Of a stretch of 64,000 nucleotides of DNA, positions 20,123 through 30,332 are shown piece by piece. The notes beneath the pieces are model-generated. The model worked only from the letters and a program-made list of their open reading frames with translations, was not told the DNA's origin and did not search any database. Source of the stretch: an uncultured Gemmatimonadota bacterium (GTDB taxonomy: Bacteria; SM23-81; DAOVCL01); assembly GCA_964626665.1 (NCBI GenBank), contig CAZVGK010000003.1, forward strand, positions 85,277 to 149,276, written 5' to 3'. A program made the translations under genes and the position numbers. The stretch's first letter is position 1. Each line of letters opens with the position of its first letter.

Positions 20123-20505
20123 TGCTCCTCTTCCTCCAAAAGCTTCTCATAATCCGCAGGGGAAAGGAGGTTCTCCAACTCACTGGGGTTTTCTATCTGC
20201 AGCTTTATTATCCAACCCTCCCCGTAAGGGTCCGAGTTTATAAGCTCAGGCTTGTTCTTTAGTGCAGGATTTGACTCCAACACTTCACCTGATACCGGGG
20301 CATAAATGTCGGTGACCGCTTTCACCGCCTCAATCGTGCCAAATGACTCCATCTGCTCCACCTTTGCCCTTACCTCCGGAAGCTCCACAAAGACAATATC
20401 GCCCAGTTCCCCCTGGGCATAGTCAGTTATCCCCACCGTGCCTTCATCTCCATCTATCCTTACCCACTCGTGCTCCTTGGTATAATTCAGGTCATCCGGG
20501 ACCAT
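20119..20505 (-). CDS. gcvH: Glycine cleavage system H protein
   Basis: Lipoyl-lysine motif ESFGTIEAVKAV. Ends with TGA, so TGA functions as a stop here. Confidence 0.9.
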   Translation of the reverse strand: MVPDDLNYTKEHEWVRIDGDEGTVGITDYAQGELGDIVFVELPEVRAKVEQMESFGTIEAVKAVTDIYAPVSGEVLESNPALKNKPELINSDPYGEGWIIKLQIENPSELENLLSPADYEKLLEEEEH

Positions 20506-20881
20506 ACCTCCTCCTTGGTTTATGAATCTAAAGTTTACAGTTCACCGGGACCAACAGCCAGATATTTCAGCGAAGCTTCAAATGTAAAATGAAGAATTAA
20601 GAATGGAAGTGATTATTGACACGGGCGACGGAGTCTGAGCTTCAACTCCATTGCTCTTCCCTTTCTTCCCTCCCTACAGAAACAGACTATTAGCCATTCG
20701 CCCCACTTCCGCGGGCTTATCGGAGCCGCTCTGTTCTCCTGATCCCCGGGAACTGTTACTTACCCCTAATATAAAAGGATTAACGGCCAATTCAAGTCTT
20801 TTTACCCAAAATTGCCGATAAAATTGCCTGGGCCCTGGCAGGGAGCTTAACCCTGAACCCAGAGTAAACCTGGTCAAGAAG

Positions 20882-21679
20882 CTATATCCCACGCACCTCC
20901 ACCTTTTTTACCCACAATCTCATAATCTCGGCAAATGATTGCAGCCTCTTCACCGGGTAGGGTTTTAGCTGTGAGTAGGAGGGATCTAAGGTGGTGCCAG
21001 GCCTAAATTGTTGCAGGGCATAGAGTCGGCTTCCCTCAATCAACTTTCCTATCTCCTCCAAATCCTCCTCCCCGACAAAACCAGGGACATAGGTGGTGCG
21101 AAACTCATACTCTATCCTAGAGTCCATCAGGATCTCAATGCTTCTCTCTAACCTCTTCAGGTCGATCTGGATGCCCGAGGCAAGGGAATAGCGTTTCGGA
21201 GAGGATTTTATGTCTATGGCAATATAATTCACCGCCTTAGTTAGTTCCGTAACTACCTGAGGGAGGTAGCCATTTGTATCCACCTTCACCAATAACCCCA
21301 AATCCTTTAGCCTCTGGCAAAAGGGGACAAGGCCCTTCTCTATGGTTGGTTCCCCTCCGGTGATACAGACGCCATCGATGAACCCTTTCCTCTGCTCCAA
21401 TTTCTCCATAACTTCGTTAGTTGGGATAGTCAGTATCCCCTCATAATTGAGGACGAGGTCCCTGTTCTGACAGAAGGGGCAACGGAAGTTGCAGCCCCCA
21501 GTGAATAAGGTGGTAACTATCTTTCCGGGATAGTCAACTGTGGAGATACCCTGTATGCCTTTGATCTGCAACTGCACAAATCCTTGGTTAATGATTAGGG
21601 GGAAGGCCCAATTACTTCTTTGAAATTTACGAATTAGAACACTCAACTGGACATCTAAACAATAGACCTCACAGCTCAA
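20882..21679 (-). CDS. Radical SAM activating enzyme, NrdG/PflA-like small activase
   Basis: GCNFRCPFCQN CxxxCxxC cluster; GGEPT; VDTNGYLP. The true start is probably ~21580 (LQIKGIQGISTVDYPGKIV). Confidence 0.65.
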   Translation of the reverse strand: MSCEVYCLDVQLSVLIRKFQRSNWAFPLIINQGFVQLQIKGIQGISTVDYPGKIVTTLFTGGCNFRCPFCQNRDLVLNYEGILTIPTNEVMEKLEQRKGFIDGVCITGGEPTIEKGLVPFCQRLKDLGLLVKVDTNGYLPQVVTELTKAVNYIAIDIKSSPKRYSLASGIQIDLKRLERSIEILMDSRIEYEFRTTYVPGFVGEEDLEEIGKLIEGSRLYALQQFRPGTTLDPSYSQLKPYPVKRLQSFAEIMRLWVKKVEVRGI

Positions 21680-21722
21680 TATCAGGACAGATGTGAATTA
21701 TTCGGGCAGACCCTCAATTTTT

Positions 21723-22964
21723 TTAAAGTCCCAATTTGTCCTCAACATCCTCTATGGAGGGTTCCACCAAAACCGCATCCCTTTCCAATTGGAAATCCAC
21801 GGCCTTGATATCTTTTAATCCGCTTCCCGTGACGAGGATGACCACCCTTTCGTCGGGGTTAACCCATTTTTCGCCAATTGCCTCTATCAGGCCAGCCAAA
21901 GCGGTGGCGCCAGCCGGCTCAGCGAATATGCCTGTTGCTTTGGCCAAAAGCCCCATTGCCGCCCTGATCTGTTCGTCGGAAACGGATATAAACCTTCCTC
22001 CCGTATCCCTTACTGCCCTTAACGCTTTCACCTGATCCCGCGGATTTCCCACCGATATACTGTCCGCTATCGTATGGGGGATTAGGGGCTCCACCCGCTC
22101 CTTATTCCCCTGAAAGGCCCGCACAAACGGCGCGCTCCCCTCTGCCTGCACCCCTATAAGGGAGGGTAGTTTGGCGATAAAGCCCAACCTATGCAGATCT
22201 GAAAAACCTTTCCATACCCCACTAATGATACATCCATCTCCCACAGGGACAAAGACCTTGTCTGGTGGTTTCCAATTTAACTGCTCCGCTATCTCCAGGG
22301 CAACCGTTTTCTTCCCCTCAACTAAGTAGGGATTGTAGGCTGTATTCCGGCTATACCATCCCCATCTCTCGGATGCCCTTAAACAAAGCTCAAATGCCTG
22401 ATCATAGGTCCCCTTAACCAAGATAACATTTGCCCCAAAAACAACAAGTTGAACAAGCTTTGCCTGGGGCACCTTGGCTGGAACAAATATGTATGACCTA
22501 ATGCCGGCACAGGCGGCAAATGCCGCCATAGAAGAGCCGGCATTGCCACTGGAGGCAGCAGTTACAACCTGAGCACCATTTTCCAATGCCTTCACTATTG
22601 CGATTGAAGATGCCCTGTCCTTCAGCGAACCGGTGGGATTTCTGGTATCGTTCTTTATCCACAATTGCCTGAGCCCCAGCCTGGCCTCTAATTGGGGGAA
22701 TTTGGTGAGAGGTGTCCAACCACTATGCAGGGGCTGGATATAGTCCCCTCCCTCCACAGGCAATAGGGGAAGGTAACGCCAGAGGGAAAAGTCCCTATTC
22801 ACAGCTAAATTTTCCTTGGTGAGCTTCTCCCTGATCACCTCATAATCATAGACAACATCCAGGGTTCCCAAGAGGTCCCCACATTGGGGGCAGGTGTATT
22901 GAACCTCCCCCGGCAGATACTCCCGGCCACAGCTAACACATCTTAGTAGCTTAATCTCTCCCAT
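21723..22964 (-). CDS. thrC: Threonine synthase-like PLP enzyme with N-terminal zinc ribbon
   Basis: N-terminal CVSCGREY...CPQCG ribbon followed by a fold-type II PLP domain (SLKDRAS... GNAG). Confidence 0.65.
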   Translation of the reverse strand: MGEIKLLRCVSCGREYLPGEVQYTCPQCGDLLGTLDVVYDYEVIREKLTKENLAVNRDFSLWRYLPLLPVEGGDYIQPLHSGWTPLTKFPQLEARLGLRQLWIKNDTRNPTGSLKDRASSIAIVKALENGAQVVTAASSGNAGSSMAAFAACAGIRSYIFVPAKVPQAKLVQLVVFGANVILVKGTYDQAFELCLRASERWGWYSRNTAYNPYLVEGKKTVALEIAEQLNWKPPDKVFVPVGDGCIISGVWKGFSDLHRLGFIAKLPSLIGVQAEGSAPFVRAFQGNKERVEPLIPHTIADSISVGNPRDQVKALRAVRDTGGRFISVSDEQIRAAMGLLAKATGIFAEPAGATALAGLIEAIGEKWVNPDERVVILVTGSGLKDIKAVDFQLERDAVLVEPSIEDVEDKLGL

Positions 22965-24274
22965 AATTTGCTGCTCAGTTCCCTCGCTCTTTGAGTGATT
23001 TCCTCCTCATCTATCCCCACCAACTTTTTATCCCTCATCAGAATTTTCCCGTTGGAGATCGTGGTATCGACCACGGAGTTGGCCAAACCAAAGACCAAAT
23101 GACCGAGGAGATTTTGCTCCTTTAGCTGGGTAGGGGGAAGATAATCCACTAAAATTAAATCTGCTAAGTAACCCTTGGCGATCTTCCCCACTTTAAACCC
23201 AGTAACCTTTTCCGCTATTTTCGGGTTGTTTTCCAAAAGCATCTTTGCTGCCTCGGCAAATCCGACTCTGGGATCGCCAGCGGTGTGGCGATGAAGCAAG
23301 TAGGCAGCTCTCATCTGAGCCAGCATATCCGAGGACATCCCATCTGTCCCCAACCCCACTGTAATTCCCTTTCCCATCATTCCCCGGACATCGGCACTAC
23401 CCACGGCATTGTTCATATTCGATTCCGGATTATTTACCACATTTGTCCTGGTTTCCCTCAATATGTCCTGCTCTTTATCATCAATATTGACGCAATGGAC
23501 GGCAATAGATTTTGGCCCCAAGGCCCCATGTTTTGCCAATCTCTCCCCCACCCTCACCCCATATTTTCTCTGGCTATCCTCCTCATCTATCCTATCCTCA
23601 GCTATATGAAGGTGGATCCCACAATCATATTTTTGGGCGAGATCCACTGACCTGTCCAGGGTCTCATCCTCCACTGTAAAGGAGGCGTGCAACCCCACCA
23701 TCCCGGTTACTAAACCTTCTTGATCTCCCAATTTTTTGAGGAATCTCTCATTTTCCGCAACCCCTTCATCGCCTTTTCCATACCTATCTGAGGCTCCCAG
23801 GCAAAGGCAGGCCCTCACCCCAATCTCCTCGACGGCCCTTTGAATCTCATCTAAGCTGCCGAGCTGATATGACTGGGATTCGTGGTGATCAAAGATGGTG
23901 GTTGTCCCCTTTTTGACCCCCTCAATTAAAGGAATTAAAGAGCTGTAATAGATGTCCTCAGGGGTCAATGCCCTATCTAACTTCCACCAGATCTTCTCCA
24001 GTATCTCTCTGAAGTTCTTTGCTGGCTCCTTCGGCGGCTTCATCCCCCGCGCAAAGGTGGAATATAGATGGTGGTGAGCACAGATCAGGCCGGGCATAAT
24101 AACCTTGCCGGAGGCATCGATCTCCTCTGCGTTGGTTGGTTTTCCAACCTTGTCAGTCGGGCCGAAGTCCTTAATCCTATTCCCCTCGATTAAGACCGCA
24201 CCGTTCTCGATTACCCTGTTCTCTTTCCCTAAGGTTATGAGAATTCCATTTTTAATGAAGATTGCCATTTTCAA
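22943..24274 (-). CDS. ssnA: SsnA-family putative aminohydrolase (amidohydrolase superfamily)
   Basis: Close motif-by-motif match to E. coli SsnA: GKVIMPGLICAHHHLYSTFARGM; WWKLDRAL...IYYS; HHESQ; NNPESNMNNAVG; LGTDGMSSDM. Confidence 0.75.
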   Translation of the reverse strand: MKMAIFIKNGILITLGKENRVIENGAVLIEGNRIKDFGPTDKVGKPTNAEEIDASGKVIMPGLICAHHHLYSTFARGMKPPKEPAKNFREILEKIWWKLDRALTPEDIYYSSLIPLIEGVKKGTTTIFDHHESQSYQLGSLDEIQRAVEEIGVRACLCLGASDRYGKGDEGVAENERFLKKLGDQEGLVTGMVGLHASFTVEDETLDRSVDLAQKYDCGIHLHIAEDRIDEEDSQRKYGVRVGERLAKHGALGPKSIAVHCVNIDDKEQDILRETRTNVVNNPESNMNNAVGSADVRGMMGKGITVGLGTDGMSSDMLAQMRAAYLLHRHTAGDPRVGFAEAAKMLLENNPKIAEKVTGFKVGKIAKGYLADLILVDYLPPTQLKEQNLLGHLVFGLANSVVDTTISNGKILMRDKKLVGIDEEEITQRARELSSKLWERLSY

Positions 24275-24393
24275 CCTTTTTTCGACAGGATAACAGGATT
24301 TATGGGATTAGATCAGGTGACAGTAGTCAGGGACAAGAGGTTTGAAACCGACCCCCGACCTCTGTAAACTGTCAGCCCTATTCACTTATCCCG

Positions 24394-25623
24394 TCAATCC
24401 TGTAAATCCCGTCTAAAATTGTTCTTTTCCTTTATCGTAACCGCATCCACCGGACAGACACTTGCACACAACCCACATCCCACGCATTTCTCCTCATCAA
24501 CCTGAGGAAGCCTATCCTGTCCCTCCAACTTCATCGCCTGATGTCCCCCATCGCGGCAGGCAATATAGCAGACATCACACCTGACGCATAACTCTTCATC
24601 AATCTGAGAAACAACGGATTTTCTTTCCAGTTCCCCTTGAGTAACGATATGGGGGAGGCTTTTCCCGATAATTTCTCTGACCTCGTTGCATCCCCTATCT
24701 TCCAGATAAAAGGCTAAGCCATCGATCAAATCCTCAATTATATCATAGCCATAGTGCATAACGGCAGTGGCAAACTGAATAGTCCTTGCTCCGACGAGGA
24801 GAAATTCAACTGCGTCCTTCCAGGTGGTGGGCCCTCCCGTTCCGGTGATGGGAATATCCACATTCTTGGCGATTTCGGCAATCGTCCTCAGGGTAATCGG
24901 TTTTATTGCTGGCCCACTCATTCCACTATAAGAGGATTTCCCCCTTACATTTGGGTAGGGGGTGAATGAATGGAGATCAATTCCCATCAGTGAGGGGATT
25001 GTATTTGAAGCACAAATGGCATCCCCTCCCCCTCTCTTTACCGCCTTAGCCACATCGACAATGTTTGTGACCTGCGGGGTGATCTTGATGACCACAGGGA
25101 CCCTCTCTGCTGCCTCCTTTACCCATCCAGCGACCTTTTCGGTAGCTGGAATCGATTGGGCAAGCATAGCCCCGGGTTCCTCTCCCATACTCCCTTGTGG
25201 ACAGGAAAACGAGCATTCTATCAGGTCAACCCCAGCACTTTCTAATCTCTTCACTAAACCCTGCCAATCCTCTTTCTCTGACCCCATAATCGATGCCCCC
25301 ACAACCTTATGGGGGAATTCCCTTTTCAAAATTTCTACCCCTTTTTCTATCTCATCGATATGATGCTCGGAGATTAAGTCAATGTTTCCTAAGCCGACTA
25401 CCCTCTTCCCCTCAAAGTTTAGGGATGAGATCATTGGATAGACCAGATCAACTGATGTCCCCTCCACAGATGTGGTCTTTAGGATTGCCCCTGCCCAACC
25501 GGCCTCGAACCCCTGTCTAACCATATCCAGATCATCAGTGGGGGGAGCCGCAGCTAAGATGAAAGGGTTCTCGAATTTCACCCCACAGAAATCCACCCCC
25601 AGTTCAATACCGTGATACTTCAT
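24394..25623 (-). CDS. preA: Dihydropyrimidine dehydrogenase PreA-like subunit (DHOD-family TIM barrel plus C-terminal 2x[4Fe-4S])
   Basis: FMN-binding DHO_dh fold with two C-terminal CxxCxxCxxxCP ferredoxin motifs. Confidence 0.7.
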   Translation of the reverse strand: MKYHGIELGVDFCGVKFENPFILAAAPPTDDLDMVRQGFEAGWAGAILKTTSVEGTSVDLVYPMISSLNFEGKRVVGLGNIDLISEHHIDEIEKGVEILKREFPHKVVGASIMGSEKEDWQGLVKRLESAGVDLIECSFSCPQGSMGEEPGAMLAQSIPATEKVAGWVKEAAERVPVVIKITPQVTNIVDVAKAVKRGGGDAICASNTIPSLMGIDLHSFTPYPNVRGKSSYSGMSGPAIKPITLRTIAEIAKNVDIPITGTGGPTTWKDAVEFLLVGARTIQFATAVMHYGYDIIEDLIDGLAFYLEDRGCNEVREIIGKSLPHIVTQGELERKSVVSQIDEELCVRCDVCYIACRDGGHQAMKLEGQDRLPQVDEEKCVGCGLCASVCPVDAVTIKEKNNFRRDLQD

Positions 25624-25647
25624 TTCCCCCCTTTTTCCCTAAATAAA

Positions 25648-25865
25648 CCACAGATTTCATGGAATCTCTGGAACACGAATGAGACGAATAAACGAATCTA
25701 CACGAATAGATAGATTTACCACGGAAATTCACGGAATTACACGGGAAAAAGGCAATTAAAAATTGAGAATTAAGAATGAAATTTATGCTGGCTATCCCTG
25801 ATCCCCGGAAACTGACTCTTGATCCCTGTTTTTCTGTGCATAGTCCGTGGTTATCCGTGGTGAAG
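25648..25865. repeat. cacgg-rich composite interspersed repeat (~220 nt), copy a
   Basis: The module ccacggaaattcacgg...gcaattaaaaattgagaattaagaatga..ttatgctg..cctgatccccggaaactga..gtccgtggttatccgtggtgaa recurs at 34600-34812, 39577-39798, 43013-43233 and inverted at 60580-61038. It includes ATTCGTGT-type direct repeats with ~9-10 nt periodicity. Confidence 0.7.
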
Positions 25866-26127
25866 TCCTTGTGCAGGGCTCCGCCCTGACAGGGAACCTT
25901 TTTCTCTGACAGGATGACAGGATAAAAAGCAGTTGTCAGTGATCAGGGCCAGGAACTGATCCCCGTCCGCTGAAACCAGTCTCCTCTCCCTTGACGGGGA
26001 AGGGCTAAGGAGAGGGTGAAATAGTTTTCCCCCCTCACCCTAACCCTCTCCCCCCAGAGGAGAGGGAACCGTAAAAGGCAGGAGTCAGTTGTCAGTAGTC
26101 AGTTATCGGGAACAACTCCCAAACCCA

Positions 26128-26196
26128 TGTGCTGTCAGGGCTCTGCCCTGACAGGGAGATCCCTTTGTGGATGATAACATCCACAAAGAGCGCTGG
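26128..26196. repeat. Double-hairpin repeat (gtcagggctctgccctgac plus ctttgtggatgataacatccacaaag)
   Basis: Near-identical copies at 26128-26196, 26418-26487 and 32697-32764; partial at 25878-25900 and 56355-56385. Confidence 0.7.
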
Positions 26197-26572
26197 GATT
26201 CTGTCTAAGTCTTCTCTGACAGGATAACAGGATAAACGGGATTAAGTGAACCTCCCTGCTCCAGGCTGGGCATCCCAAAACAGTCTCCTCCCCCTTTACG
26301 GGGGAGGACTAAGGAGAGGGTGTAAAAAGTAATCCGTTACCTCCCTCACCCTAATCTTCTCCGCTCAATTTCAGTAATATTTATCCAGTCAATCATGTAA
26401 ATCCTGTCTAAATTCCTGTGCTGTCAGGGCTCTGCCCTGACAGGGGGAGTCCTTTTGTGGATGATAACATCCACAAAGAGCACTGGGTTCTTCGTAAAGA
26501 AAACCTTCTTTTCTTGGCTTCATAACACAGATTTTGATAATCCGTGAAATCAGTGGAATCCGTGGCTCCATC

Positions 26573-29500
26573 CTATTTTATCACCACTAGCTTTTTGACG
26601 GCAGTGAAATTACCTGCCTCGAGTCGATATAGATAAACCCCGCTGGCCAATCCTCTGGCATCCCAACGGACTGACCTGTATCCGACCCCCTGATACTCAT
26701 CTACCAATGTCGCCACCTTCTGCCCCAGCAGGTTGTAAATCTCCAGCCTAACCTGAGCATCCCTGGGCAGAGCATACTTGATCTCCGTAGTGGGATTGAA
26801 GGGGTTGGGGTAGTTTTGGGAAAGGGCAAAAGCTTGTGGAATACCAAATACTCCCCTCTCCCTTACCCCCTCTTTCCCTACCACAAACCACCAGGGGGAA
26901 ACATCGCTGTTTGATCCCCAGGTAGTCAGGCTATCCGTGTCCATAGCTACCACCTTCCAATAGTATCTGGTGTTGTCATCTAAGGGAATGCCCGGTGGAA
27001 TTGTAAAGTGAGTATCGGCAGGAGAAATAACCCTTACTCCCTGGGAGAAGGTGCTATCCGGGCTAAGGTAAATCGTATAGGTGACATAGTCCCATAGGTC
27101 ATTATCCGTGGCCTTATGCCAGAGGAAGGTGGGAGTTGTGGAGACGGAATCTATGCCCAGTTCTGGCTCTATGAGGGAAAAGGGATTGGGAGGCTCCAAG
27201 GCTACATTGGTGAAGAATTTCCAGGTATCCGTAGATGTGGTTAAGCTCTCCTTATCTACGGCTACTACCTTCCAGAAGTATTGAGAGTTGTCGGATAACT
27301 CCTCTGTAGGGATATAGCAGTTGCTGTTCACAACCGTGGGGGTAGCCCCGCTGAAGTTGCTGTCCTGGCCAACCCAGAGGAGATAGTGAATAGAGTCGGC
27401 AATATCGTTGTCTGTGGCATTCTCCCAGTAGAAGATAGGGGTGAGGTCAACCTCCACGCTGTTCTGGGTAGGGGTGACCAGGTTGAAGCTGTTGGGGTCT
27501 TCGTTGGCCGTATTAGTGATAAAGGCCTGATAGCCCTCTTCATCCTCCACCGTAGCACCAGCTAAGTCCTGAGCCACTACCTTCCAGTAGTAGAGCTGAT
27601 TGTCCTCCAAGGGGGTCTTGATCTGATAGACGCTCTCTCCTCCCACCTCAACTTGCACCTGAGAGGGGACGTCCTTTCCATAGAAGAGGGTATAGGTAAC
27701 CACATCTCCAGGATCGGGGTCTATGGAGGTCTCCCAATCCAGTATGGGCTTTAGGGTGGTCACCTCACCTCCATCGGCGGGGGTTAGAAGATGGAAGCTA
27801 CCTGGCGGATTGTTTTCAGAGTTGATAATAAAGGAGCTTGAGGCCATCCATTCCCCATTTTCAAAACCATCATAAGCACTTGCCCTCCACCAGTATTGGT
27901 GATTATCCTCCAAAGGGACATCAATCAGCCAAATTGTGGAATCTATCCCCTCTTCTACTCCAGTGGCCGATGTGACCAGGTTGCTCAATAGGCTATCGCT
28001 GTAAACCTCAAAGCCATAGATAAGACTATCGCCTTCGGCATCTGTGCAATTGGAAATGATCAAAGTCACTATGCTATCGCTGATTACCTCTCCTTCTTTA
28101 GGGCTTAAACCCAGGGGGATGGTGGGAAGACTATTCATCCTGAAGGAAAGGCTGGCCCAACTTGCCCATAAATCATCAGTATTCTTCACCCTGGCTCTCA
28201 AATAGTAGGTTTCCACATCAATCAAGGAATCCCCAGCATAGGTTACAAAGGTGTCCGCACTGCTCACCTCTCCGCTATCCCACATCTCGGCCACCGACCA
28301 GTCATCATCAGTTCCCACCTGAACCTGAAAGCCATCTTGAGGCAAGCTTTGCAGATCAGAATATGACCAGGTGATAAGTGGCTGATGACTAACCAGATGC
28401 TCTATATCTTCCGATCCCCCAATATCCAGATTGGAAATGAAGGGATGCGGATTTTCCCCTACGAGAACGGTAGTAAACTTGGTAGAATCCACATCGGAAG
28501 TAATGGTAATCGTCTCCCCAACCGTAGCCCCAATAGATACCCCTTCCACACTCACGGTATCTATCAAAGCAGTTCCTCTGAATATGCCAGAGACTGAATC
28601 AGTTTCCGTAAGAGCAACACTAATATATTGGGTAGTGAAGTTACTGGTTATAGCAACTGTAGTCTGATCGACGCAGATGGAATCGCTGTCTTGACCTTCA
28701 AGCTGGATATACATCGTCGCCCCAATCCACAAATTGGTGGTTAAGTTGCTGGTATAGGTTTCATCCGACTTCAACACAACCGAATACACTGAGTCCGGCT
28801 CACCAAGAGCTGGAGAGGTAAGAATGGGGCTATACAGGACTTTCCCCAAGGTTATGTCATCGTAATAATCCCAAATCCTGGCGTCGATCGAATCCGTATT
28901 AGTTGTCCCCCACCAATTGTTGCTGGCATCAATATCAGTATCTTGATCGTATCCAAGCTTTACCTCATATTTGCCATTAGTGATCAAATTGTTCTGGTTT
29001 ATATGAGCGTCTGAATTTTGGTCACAGTAAATTCCCCCCCACTCAGGAGAGGCAAAATTCCCAGCTATGAGGTTATTACTAAGGGTCAGAGAGCACCACT
29101 TACAAGAAATTGCAACCCCTAAGTTCGCAGTTATAGTATTGTTCGTAATAGACAAAGTTGAGTGGGAGCAACCGAGGGCAACCCCTGAATTTCCAGTTAT
29201 GATATTCTCGAGAATAGCTAAAGGGGCATATGAACATTGAATGCCGCCACCACGATTTTTGCTTATAGTGTTGCCTGTAATAGGTGATGCTCCATGATAG
29301 TAATAGACACCACCACCAGAGTAAGCAGAGTTCCCGGTTATTATGTTGCCCGTGATAGACGGGGAGGAATACTCACAATACACGCCACCACCTTTACCAT
29401 CACTTGAGGCAAAGTTTCCCGTTATTGTATTGTCAACGATATTGGGGGACGATTCGAAATAGCAAGAGATGCCACCACCATTGCCATGATAGGAAGTTTC

Positions 29501-30232
29501 AGTTATCGTATTTCTATCTATGATGTTCTCAGTGATAATTGGTGACGAATGGTCTTCGCATTCAATACCAGCCCCACCCATTTTGGCGAGATTTCCTTCT
29601 ATAGTGTTACTGGAGATAATCGGAGAAGAATACTGATAACAGCGGATACCACCGCCATAAGCGTAAGTGAGGTTCAAATTATTGTGCTGAATGTAATTTC
29701 CTATAATAATGGGGGACGAATTGTGACAGTTAACGGCGGGGCCAGAACTTTCGGTTATACTACTATGGATTATAAGCGGAGAGGTGTAATCGCAATAGAC
29801 AGCTCCATCGCCGCCGCCATATTCAATTCTGGAGTATTCAATAATACATCCACTTACATAGTTGCCCAGTGAATCCAAAACGGCATCAACGCTGGTATCA
29901 ACAAACTTCATACTTCCCCAATCCCCTGGCGCTGGTGTGGCATTGTTAGAAGTAAACAGAATGCTATCCGTTACTGTCCCCCTGGCTATCAATTCACCGC
30001 CAATGTTTAGAGATAGGCTATCGTTGAATTTCACCGTTACCCCAGGCTCAATGGTTAGGGTTGCTCTTTCAGCCACCTCCACTGTTCCCACCACAATATA
30101 TGGACTACCAGCCACCGTCCAGATTGTATTAGAGTTGATACCACCGCTAACCTCCGTATCGGCAATGGCCAATTGGACTCCAAAGCTGAGCAAAAACACC
30201 ATTGCCACCAAACTTACTTCAATCTTTCTCAT
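26573..30232 (-). CDS. Giant T9SS cargo protein: signal peptide, parallel beta-helix (PbH1) repeats, several FN3-like domains, C-terminal sorting domain
   Basis: MRKIEVSLVAMVFLLSFGVQLAIA signal; ..ITGN.. beta-helix repeats; recurring YYWKVVA.D FN3 motifs. The C-terminus NYPNPFNPTTEIKYALP...VRWDARGLASGVYLYRL is a T9SS CTD. Confidence 0.8.
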   Translation of the reverse strand: MRKIEVSLVAMVFLLSFGVQLAIADTEVSGGINSNTIWTVAGSPYIVVGTVEVAERATLTIEPGVTVKFNDSLSLNIGGELIARGTVTDSILFTSNNATPAPGDWGSMKFVDTSVDAVLDSLGNYVSGCIIEYSRIEYGGGDGAVYCDYTSPLIIHSSITESSGPAVNCHNSSPIIIGNYIQHNNLNLTYAYGGGIRCYQYSSPIISSNTIEGNLAKMGGAGIECEDHSSPIITENIIDRNTITETSYHGNGGGISCYFESSPNIVDNTITGNFASSDGKGGGVYCEYSSPSITGNIITGNSAYSGGGVYYYHGASPITGNTISKNRGGGIQCSYAPLAILENIITGNSGVALGCSHSTLSITNNTITANLGVAISCKWCSLTLSNNLIAGNFASPEWGGIYCDQNSDAHINQNNLITNGKYEVKLGYDQDTDIDASNNWWGTTNTDSIDARIWDYYDDITLGKVLYSPILTSPALGEPDSVYSVVLKSDETYTSNLTTNLWIGATMYIQLEGQDSDSICVDQTTVAITSNFTTQYISVALTETDSVSGIFRGTALIDTVSVEGVSIGATVGETITITSDVDSTKFTTVLVGENPHPFISNLDIGGSEDIEHLVSHQPLITWSYSDLQSLPQDGFQVQVGTDDDWSVAEMWDSGEVSSADTFVTYAGDSLIDVETYYLRARVKNTDDLWASWASLSFRMNSLPTIPLGLSPKEGEVISDSIVTLIISNCTDAEGDSLIYGFEVYSDSLLSNLVTSATGVEEGIDSTIWLIDVPLEDNHQYWWRASAYDGFENGEWMASSSFIINSENNPPGSFHLLTPADGGEVTTLKPILDWETSIDPDPGDVVTYTLFYGKDVPSQVQVEVGGESVYQIKTPLEDNQLYYWKVVAQDLAGATVEDEEGYQAFITNTANEDPNSFNLVTPTQNSVEVDLTPIFYWENATDNDIADSIHYLLWVGQDSNFSGATPTVVNSNCYIPTEELSDNSQYFWKVVAVDKESLTTSTDTWKFFTNVALEPPNPFSLIEPELGIDSVSTTPTFLWHKATDNDLWDYVTYTIYLSPDSTFSQGVRVISPADTHFTIPPGIPLDDNTRYYWKVVAMDTDSLTTWGSNSDVSPWWFVVGKEGVRERGVFGIPQAFALSQNYPNPFNPTTEIKYALPRDAQVRLEIYNLLGQKVATLVDEYQGVGYRSVRWDARGLASGVYLYRLEAGNFTAVKKLVVIK

Positions 30233-30332
30233 CTTACTCCTCTCCTTTCTTGGTTTTTCAGGGATTCTGCATTTTATTTGTCTTCTACTTGCTCCTATAT
30301 TTCTAACTTTTAACAGCAAGCCGATGTGGTTT

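Noticed and set aside
20506-20881. Glycine riboswitch expected upstream of gcvH
   Set aside because: The 375-nt leader region was read on the gene strand, but the tandem-aptamer consensus (GGAGAG...CTCTGGAGAG...ACCGAAGGGGCAA) could not be identified by eye. A covariance-model search would be needed. The small ORF 20674..20892 in this region is treated as spurious.
25640-26571. Possible CRISPR array, because of many short repeats
   Set aside because: The repeats are heterogeneous hairpin families with irregular spacing and no cas genes. Not a repeat-spacer architecture.
26389-26571. 60-aa ORF, and other small ORFs (32251..32436, 32861..33088, 32911..33144, 33053..33307, 62606..62806, 62866..63141)
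   Set aside because: They lie entirely within interspersed repeat/hairpin arrays. Low-complexity, repeat-derived translations with no RBS support.
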